DNA of 64,000 bases from Candidatus Woesebacteria bacterium UBA5941. Lineage in GTDB: Bacteria; Patescibacteriota; Microgenomatia; UBA8517. The notes below the pieces were generated by a model, which made no database searches, was not told the DNA's origin, and saw only the letters and a program-made list of their open reading frames with translations. Positions 38,907 to 45,513 of the stretch are shown here, in pieces. The stretch covers positions 21,142 through 85,141 of the forward strand of contig DJCV01000003.1 in the NCBI GenBank assembly GCA_002430735.1, read 5' to 3'. The stretch's first letter is position 1. The number at the start of each line of letters is the position of its first letter. Made by a program: the position numbers and the translations under genes.

Positions 38907-40106
38907 TTACTTGGTGATCTTGGTGACAACACCAGCACCAACAGTCTTTCCACCTTCTCGAATTGCGAATCTCATACCTTCTTCGAGAGCGACTGGGGCA
39001 ATCAATTTCACACTCATTTTAGCGTTATCTCCAGGCATAATCATTTCAACACCTTCTGGAAGAGTAGCTTCTCCTGTAATGTCACCTGTTCGAATAAAGA
39101 ACTGTGGCTTGTATCCGCTAAAGAATGGTGTATGTCGTCCACCTTCTTCTTTAGACAAAACATATACTTCAGCGTCAAATTCTGAGTGTGGTGTGATTGA
39201 TTTTGGCTTAGCCAAAACTTGTCCTCTTTCAATATCGTCTTTTTCAACTCCTCGAAGTAATACTCCGACGTTGTCTCCAGCTTCTGTTAAGTCTAAAGTC
39301 TTTCGGAACATTTCGAGACCCGTTACAACGGTTGTCTTTGTCTCTTTAATACCTACGATTTCGATTTCTTCGTTAACCTTCAATTGTCCACGTTCTACTC
39401 GTCCAGTTACAACAGTTCCTCGACCTTTGATTGAGAATACATCTTCAACTGGCATTAAGAATGGCTTATCAGTGTCTCGACTTGGATCTGGAATATAGCT
39501 ATCAACTGCTGCCATAAGATCCAAAATCTTTTGTTCGTATTCTTTGTCTCCTTCGGTAGCTTTCAAAGCTGAACCTCGGATAACTGGGATTTCATCTCCT
39601 GGGAAGTTGTATTTCTTCAAAAGATCTCGAACTTCTTCTTCAACTAAGTCAATAAGTTCTGCGTCATCAACCATATCGCACTTGTTAAGGAAAACGACCA
39701 ATGCTGGAACGTTAACCTGACGAGCTAAAATAACGTGTTCTCGAGTTTGAGGCATCATTCCATCTGCTGCTGATACGACGAGGATTGCTCCATCCATCTG
39801 AGCTGCACCGGTAATCATGTTCTTGATGTAGTCTGCGTGTCCAGGAGCATCAATGTGAGCATAGTGGCGTTTTTCTGTTTCGTATTCAACGTGAGTAATG
39901 TTGATAGTGACTCCTCGAGCTTTTTCTTCAGGAGCATTGTCGATTTGATCATAAGCCATTGGCTTTGTTCCGTTTCCTGGTTGTTTAGCCAAAACGGTAG
40001 CAATGGCTGAAGTTAATGTAGTTTTTCCGTGGTCAACGTGACCAATGGTCCCAATATTGACGTGGGGCTTTGTTCTTTCAAATTTTTGTTTTGTATCTGC
40101 TGCCAT
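38907..40106 (-). CDS. tuf: Elongation factor Tu
   Basis: [30 protein letters not shown]. Confidence 0.98.
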   Translation of the reverse strand: MAADTKQKFERTKPHVNIGTIGHVDHGKTTLTSAIATVLAKQPGNGTKPMAYDQIDNAPEEKARGVTINITHVEYETEKRHYAHIDAPGHADYIKNMITGAAQMDGAILVVSAADGMMPQTREHVILARQVNVPALVVFLNKCDMVDDAELIDLVEEEVRDLLKKYNFPGDEIPVIRGSALKATEGDKEYEQKILDLMAAVDSYIPDPSRDTDKPFLMPVEDVFSIKGRGTVVTGRVERGQLKVNEEIEIVGIKETKTTVVTGLEMFRKTLDLTEAGDNVGVLLRGVEKDDIERGQVLAKPKSITPHSEFDAEVYVLSKEEGGRHTPFFSGYKPQFFIRTGDITGEATLPEGVEMIMPGDNAKMSVKLIAPVALEEGMRFAIREGGKTVGAGVVTKITK

Positions 40107-40325
40107 GTGTGTATAGTACGAATTGTATTTTACCTAGTCTAGGCGTGATTGCAAGGGGCAAATTTGCCGAAGCAATCCTCCTTAGTTGTTACTAGGATGA
40201 GGCTATTATCTTAAAGCCAGCCGAGCTTGTCAACACCCTAAACAAAGGAGGCTCCATTTGGTATGTCTTCTTCAGCCAAGAATGCTATACTATGGGAATT
40301 CAAATCGTTCATAAGGAGGACTGAA

Positions 40326-41297
40326 ATGATTCGATTTCGAGGAGCACTTTTTATCTTAATGGTCGTGATACTGCAATCTTTGTCTGTGAGCGCTCAGTGG
40401 CAAGGCCAAATAACCGGCGTGTTGACTGACAATATCGTCACGTTTACTGGATACAGCTTGCCGGCAAATGCAGAAGTCCTTGTGTCTCGGACTTTTCAGG
40501 GATCATGCATGGACCCTGATTTTCAAAATCGTTCAATTGGCCAAACATCTAATATCGGGAACTTAGTCTATACGAATGAAGTCCTGTGTGCCGGAGTGTA
40601 TGAATACCGGTTCACAATTGGCTCACTCCTATATCCTGTTCAAATCCAGTATGTGCGTCCTGCTCCCAACTTGGCAGACTTACCGCGTGGCTGCGGCAGC
40701 AAGAACCTAATACAACTGGGGTCACTCGTTCAACCGACGCGCGATGTGGCATTTTGGATGCTGCCAACCACTGGTGCTACGTCGAACAACGGGAATCCAC
40801 TTCGAACTATTACGAGTGGCGTACAAGTGAGGGTCATTGACGGCCCAGTTTGTAACGCAGACGGCATTTGGTGGAGGGTTGATTACCGGTTTACCTTTGG
40901 GGAAGGCATTCCATCGCAAAATATTGGATGGATCCGTGAATCAGCAAAAGGTGTGACACAGCTTGCTGTTGTAGCAAACAGCACTGTGGAGTTGCCAAAC
41001 GTCGTGACGCTGTCGACAACCATACCACAGGCAACCAGCTTGCTCTCTGTGCAAGGAATCAAAATGCGCTCTGCACCATCAGTGAAGGATGGCGAAAGCG
41101 TGCGGGTCGATGCATTAAAGACTGGTGATGGGCCGGTTACGATATTGGGACAGAACGGGAACGGAGCCTTTATCCAGGTACAAAAAGGTGCCATCGTTGG
41201 ATGGATTTGCACCCATTTAGCGGACACAAACGTCATTGAGTTGAATATCGACCTGCCGGTCACCGATGAATCAATGAATGAATGTTTCGTAAAGTAG
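40326..41297 (+). CDS. Secreted protein with two bacterial SH3-like domains
   Basis: TGC-TATACT -10, AAGGAGG SD before ATG 40326, signal peptide ending VSA-Q; VIDGPVC..WWRV..GWI and ILGQ..FIQV..GWI. Confidence 0.7.
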   Translation: MIRFRGALFILMVVILQSLSVSAQWQGQITGVLTDNIVTFTGYSLPANAEVLVSRTFQGSCMDPDFQNRSIGQTSNIGNLVYTNEVLCAGVYEYRFTIGSLLYPVQIQYVRPAPNLADLPRGCGSKNLIQLGSLVQPTRDVAFWMLPTTGATSNNGNPLRTITSGVQVRVIDGPVCNADGIWWRVDYRFTFGEGIPSQNIGWIRESAKGVTQLAVVANSTVELPNVVTLSTTIPQATSLLSVQGIKMRSAPSVKDGESVRVDALKTGDGPVTILGQNGNGAFIQVQKGAIVGWICTHLADTNVIELNIDLPVTDESMNECFVK

Positions 41298-41312
41298 AAA
41301 GGAAGAATAAAT

Positions 41313-41342
41313 TGGGGGGATCTATAATGGATCCCCTTTTTT
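41313..41342 (+). terminator. Intrinsic terminator between SH3 gene and convergent fusA
   Basis: GGGGATC-TATAATG-GATCCCC-TTTTTT. Confidence 0.75.
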
Positions 41343-41353
41343 CATGGAGTGGA

Positions 41354-43513
41354 TTATGCTTCTTTGCCTTTTGCAGCAACGATTTGAGCCGTTACGTTAC
41401 TTGGAACTTCCTCGTAGTGAGAAGGTTCAACATAAGAGCTTGCTCGACCTTGAGAGATAGATCGTAGTTTCGTTGCATATCCGTGTAATTCAGCCAATGG
41501 TACCGTTCCCGTAATAACCGTAAACATACCCTTCTTTTCAGTTCCTGAAATATTAGCTCGCTTACTGGAAAGATCTCCAATAATGTCTCCCATAAATTCG
41601 TCAGGGGTTGAGACTTCAATCTTCATAATAGGCTCAAGAAGTGCCATATCAGCGTTCTTTGCGGCTTCTTGTAGTCCGAGAGAACCTGCGATCTTAAAGG
41701 CCATTTCAGATGAGTCGACATCGTGGAAACTTCCATCGTATACAACAACCCGAATATCAACGAGTGGATACCCAGCCATAATTCCGTTTTCAAGTTTCTC
41801 TTTAACACCCTTTTCAATAGGTCCAATAAACTCCTGAGGGATTGCTCCTCCTTTAATCTCACTAACGAATTCAAATCCTTCTCCACGACCACGAGGTTCG
41901 ATGCGAAGCCAACAGTGGCCGTATTGCCCTCGACCTCCAGTTTGGCGAACGTATTTACCTTCTCCAGTTGAAATTTTTCGGATTGTTTCTTTGTAGGCAA
42001 CCTGAGGAGCTCCGGTTGTCGCTTCAACATTAAACTCTCGCTTCATTCGATTGACCAAGACTTCAAGCTGCAACTCTCCCATTCCGGAGATAATTGTTTG
42101 ACCAGTTTCAGGATTACTTTTGATTCGGAATGTTGGATCTTCGTCAGCGAGCTTGTTCAAAGCGAGTCCCATTTTTTCTTGGTCAGTCTTCGTTGCTGGT
42201 TCAATAGCAAGAGAGATAACAGGTTCTGGGAATGAAATAGATTCCAGAAGAATTGGGTGGGCTTCATCACACAAGGTATTTCCTGTTGTGGTGTCTCGAA
42301 GTCCAACAACTGCCACGATTTCTCCAGCATATGCCTCTTCAACAAGTTCTCGCTGATCAGCGTGGAGCAATACGAGTTTACCGATGCGCTCTCGTACTTG
42401 TCGACTTGCGTTATAGACTTCTTGTCCGGTCTTCAGCTTTCCAGAATAAATACGAACGTAGAGAAGGCGTCCTACGTGAGGATCAGTCATAACTTTGAAA
42501 CCAAGACCTGAGAATGGAGCTTCATTTTTTCGTTCTCGAATTTCTTTTTCGCCAGTTTTTGTGCTTACTCCTTCAACTGGTGGCACATCAACAGGGGATG
42601 GAAGATATTCAACAACCGCATTCAAAAGCAGTTGTGTGGTAGCTGTTCGATTGTCTCCTCCTAAGATAGGGAAGAACTTACCGCTAATAACACCTTTTCG
42701 AATAGCTCTTTTAATATCAAGCTCTGAAAGTTCTTGTCCTTCTAAATATTTGTTTAATGCCTCATCGTCAAATTCAGCAACGCGCTCAATCAATTGAGCT
42801 CTATATTTCTCAGCCATTTCCTTAATATCAGCTGGAATTTCTTCTTCTGTTAACTGAGTATCTTCAATAGCTTTATAGGTGTATGCCTTCATTTTGATCA
42901 AATCGACCATTCCTCGAAGTGAATGTTCAAATCCAACTGGAATTTGAATTGGAGCAGTATTTGCACCTAGTCGTTCATCAATAGACTTTAAGCTTCCTTC
43001 AAAGTCAGCTCCGATTAGATTTAACTTATTCAAAATACAAATACGAGGAACTTTATATTTGTCAGCTTGTCGCCAAACCGTTTCTGATTGAGATTCAACT
43101 CCTGTTCGTCCATCAAACACCATGACGGCTCCATCTAAAACTCGGAGTGATCGTTCAACTTCCGCCGTAAAGTCAATGTGGCCTGGAGTATCAATAATGT
43201 TAATTCGATAGTGTCCTGCCTCAACTGAAGTCGTTTCTTTTATATCCCAGAAGGTGGTAATCGCAGCTGAAACAATGGTAATTCCTCTCTCTCGCTCTTC
43301 TTCCATCCAGTCGGTTGCAGTTGTTCCATCGTCAACAGACCCTAATTTATAGGTCTTTCCTGTTTCATAGAGAATACGCTCAGTAGTAGTCGTTTTACCG
43401 GCATCAATGTGAGCAATAATTCCAATATTACGAATACGATCGTAATCAACTAAACGATCTTTCGTAACTGTGCTTACAATCGCGCTTTTCTTTTTTGCGG
43501 CTTGTGCTGCCAT
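41354..43513 (-). CDS. fusA: Elongation factor G
   Basis: AHIDAGKTT, RGITI, DTPGH, GMGEL, QTGGRGQYGH, FHDVDSSE; start 43513. Confidence 0.97.
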   Translation of the reverse strand: MAAQAAKKKSAIVSTVTKDRLVDYDRIRNIGIIAHIDAGKTTTTERILYETGKTYKLGSVDDGTTATDWMEEERERGITIVSAAITTFWDIKETTSVEAGHYRINIIDTPGHIDFTAEVERSLRVLDGAVMVFDGRTGVESQSETVWRQADKYKVPRICILNKLNLIGADFEGSLKSIDERLGANTAPIQIPVGFEHSLRGMVDLIKMKAYTYKAIEDTQLTEEEIPADIKEMAEKYRAQLIERVAEFDDEALNKYLEGQELSELDIKRAIRKGVISGKFFPILGGDNRTATTQLLLNAVVEYLPSPVDVPPVEGVSTKTGEKEIRERKNEAPFSGLGFKVMTDPHVGRLLYVRIYSGKLKTGQEVYNASRQVRERIGKLVLLHADQRELVEEAYAGEIVAVVGLRDTTTGNTLCDEAHPILLESISFPEPVISLAIEPATKTDQEKMGLALNKLADEDPTFRIKSNPETGQTIISGMGELQLEVLVNRMKREFNVEATTGAPQVAYKETIRKISTGEGKYVRQTGGRGQYGHCWLRIEPRGRGEGFEFVSEIKGGAIPQEFIGPIEKGVKEKLENGIMAGYPLVDIRVVVYDGSFHDVDSSEMAFKIAGSLGLQEAAKNADMALLEPIMKIEVSTPDEFMGDIIGDLSSKRANISGTEKKGMFTVITGTVPLAELHGYATKLRSISQGRASSYVEPSHYEEVPSNVTAQIVAAKGKEA

Positions 43514-43559
43514 AGGCAATGATTTTATCAATATTTGGAGGTTAAAGCAATGAGCCGAC

Positions 43560-43582
43560 AAAAAAAGACCTCTCGGGGTCTA
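43560..43582 (-). terminator. Terminator closing the two-peptide operon
   Basis: AGACC-CCGAGA-GGTCT followed by T-run on minus strand. Confidence 0.65.
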
Positions 43583-43708
43583 GTGAAAAGCTCCGAGAGG
43601 AAGGATGAATGGCAAAGCGTATAGAACGATGGGAACAAGAATCACAAGAAACAAAATGATAAATATCACAAGTTGTTTCGTCGGGAACTTATTCCCGTAC
43701 CTGTCCAT
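43580..43708 (-). CDS. 42-aa single-TM peptide
   Basis: Manual translation MDRYGNKFPTKQLVIFIILFLVILVPIVLYALPFILPLGAFH; TAATG coupling, GGAG upstream. Confidence 0.6.
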   Translation of the reverse strand: MDRYGNKFPTKQLVIFIILFLVILVPIVLYALPFILPLGAFH

Positions 43709-43824
43709 TACAGACAAGCTCCATACGCTTCGGCGTTACCACAAAATGCACCGATGACAGTCGAAATGGCTAGCAGTAACACAACAAAGCAAAAGAACAA
43801 CAACTGACGTCTATTCTTGAACAT
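43708..43824 (-). CDS. 38-aa hydrophobic Cys-containing peptide
   Basis: Manual translation MFKNRRQLLFFCFVVLLLAISTVIGAFCGNAEAYGACL; TGA-TATAAT -10 and GGAG SD upstream. Confidence 0.6.
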   Translation of the reverse strand: MFKNRRQLLFFCFVVLLLAISTVIGAFCGNAEAYGACL

Positions 43825-43910
43825 GGACTACTCCATTTCTTGATACTTTACCTATTATATCAAAATATGGGCTATTTTGGCCGATTATTGATTTATGGTA
43901 CTGTGTGCTA

Positions 43911-44342
43911 ATGAAAGTAAAGATAAAACGATTCGACTCGTCACTCCCCATTCCTGCATATCAAACCAATGGGGCTGCAGGCTTTGACTGCTATGCGCGA
44001 GAAACAATAGTAATTCCAACGCATACAATCGCATACATCCCCCTCAACATTGGTCTTGAGATTCCAGAGGATTGTTGGGTACTTGTTGCAGCGCGCGGAT
44101 CGACGCACAAAATGGGAATTATGCCAATTAATGGGATTGGTGTTGGAGATTGGGATTTTTGCGGGGATAACGACGAGTATAAATTTGCCGTTTATAACTT
44201 TACCGATAATGAAGTAACCATTGAAAAAGGAACACGTGTCGCTCAGATGATTATTATGAAATATGAACAAGTTGAGCTTACTGAGGTAGACCACTTTGAA
44301 CACAAAGACCGCGGGGCATTTGGTAGTACTGGGAAAAAATAG
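43911..44342 (+). CDS. dut: dUTP diphosphatase (trimeric)
   Basis: AAGFD, ARGST, RVAQM, RGAFGSTG. Confidence 0.9.
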   Translation: MKVKIKRFDSSLPIPAYQTNGAAGFDCYARETIVIPTHTIAYIPLNIGLEIPEDCWVLVAARGSTHKMGIMPINGIGVGDWDFCGDNDEYKFAVYNFTDNEVTIEKGTRVAQMIIMKYEQVELTEVDHFEHKDRGAFGSTGKK

Positions 44343-44344
44343 GC

Positions 44345-44533
44345 AAAAAAATCCCCCGCCAAACACTGGTCGAGGGACAACGATGGATCAGAGAAACATG
44401 CGGGCGGTGTGTACAAGACGTTGGTCATTAGACTAGCTGAATAGACAAGCTATCCCAACCGCGGTCCCCGCATTCTGATCAGACTTGCCAGTCATCAGAT
44501 GAACGCTTTCCAAGTCCAAAAAAGCGTCAGACT
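44345..44533 (-). ncRNA. Putative ~190-nt structured RNA containing a 16S rRNA h28/decoding-region mimic
   Basis: TACACT -10 at 44540-44545; GTCTTGTACACACCGCCCG at 44401-44419; nested stems; terminal hairpin plus T7 with a G-U pair valid only on the minus strand. Confidence 0.6.
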
Positions 44534-44593
44534 AGATGTAGTGTACTTGATAAAAGCAAAAATGGAGAGAAGAAAAATAAAACTTTTAGGTAT

Positions 44594-45073
44594 TTACCAC
44601 TTAAAGTGAGCAAATGCTTTGTTTGCTTCAGCGACTTTTTCGACGTCTTGCTTCTTTTTCACTGCAGGACCTTCGTTTTTAAGTGCGTCTAAAATTTCAG
44701 CTGCTAATTTTTCAGCAAATGTGTGGTATTCGGAGTTACTTCGTGACCGTGCTGCTTCAATAAGCCATCGAACACCTAATGAATCTTGGCGTCGTCCTCG
44801 AACTTGAACGGGAACTTGATAGGCAGCTCCACCGATTCGTCGAGCACGAACTTCCATAACGGGTCGAATGTTGTTTAAAGCTCGTGTGTATACAACAACT
44901 GCATCTTCGCCTGTTTTTTCAGCAATAAGCTTTAAGGCGTCATATACTTCGCGCTGAGCCACGCTTTTCTTTCCATCATACATTGCGCGATTTATAAGTT
45001 TCGCGATCATTACGTTGTTGTATACGGCGTCTCCGTTTACTTTACGTGGTCTAACAGCTCCTGGTCTTGGCAT
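44594..45073 (-). CDS. rpsG: 30S ribosomal protein S7
   Basis: DGKKS, RRIGGAAYQVP, AEANKAFAHF. Confidence 0.96.
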   Translation of the reverse strand: MPRPGAVRPRKVNGDAVYNNVMIAKLINRAMYDGKKSVAQREVYDALKLIAEKTGEDAVVVYTRALNNIRPVMEVRARRIGGAAYQVPVQVRGRRQDSLGVRWLIEAARSRSNSEYHTFAEKLAAEILDALKNEGPAVKKKQDVEKVAEANKAFAHFKW

Positions 45074-45080
45074 ATATTAA

Positions 45081-45503
45081 TTAAGCAGCTTGTGCTGATC
45101 CTTTCTTGGTTCCGTACTTAGATCGTCCGTTTACTCGTCCGACGACCCCTTTAGTATCATATTTTCCTCGTACAACCTTATACTTTACTCCAGCTAAATC
45201 TTTCACACGTCCGCTTCTGACAAGCACAATTCCGTGCTCAGCGAGATCATGTCCTTCACCTGGAATATATGCAGTTACTTCCATTTTGTTTGAAAGTCTG
45301 ACGCGAGCAACTTTTCGCAAAGCTGAATTAGGTTTTCGAGGAGTCATTGTTCGGACAGACAAGATCACTCCTCGTTTGAATGGAGAAGTGACCGTGCTAT
45401 AACGTCGTTTTTTGGAATTAAACCACTGCTTAATTGCTGTACTGCGAGCTTTCGCTTTCGTAGTTGTTCTTCCTTTTTTGACCAGTTGTGCGATTGTTGG
45501 CAT
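45081..45503 (-). CDS. rpsL: 30S ribosomal protein S12
   Basis: [30 protein letters not shown]. Confidence 0.96.
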   Translation of the reverse strand: MPTIAQLVKKGRTTTKAKARSTAIKQWFNSKKRRYSTVTSPFKRGVILSVRTMTPRKPNSALRKVARVRLSNKMEVTAYIPGEGHDLAEHGIVLVRSGRVKDLAGVKYKVVRGKYDTKGVVGRVNGRSKYGTKKGSAQAA

Positions 45504-45513
45504 TTTTTGTCTC

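Noticed and set aside
44401-44419. 16S rRNA gene or pseudogene, or antisense RNA to 16S on the + strand
   Set aside because: Similarity is limited to two short strands with non-rRNA flanks, and terminator polarity favours minus-strand (sense) transcription. Kept only as a mimic hypothesis.
44345-44533. 6S RNA, tmRNA, SRP RNA or hammerhead ribozyme
   Set aside because: No tRNA-like ends or SRP loop motif; the ends do not pair into one 6S-like rod by eye; CTGATGA and GAAA occur but hammerhead stems could not be built. 6S is not formally excluded without Infernal.
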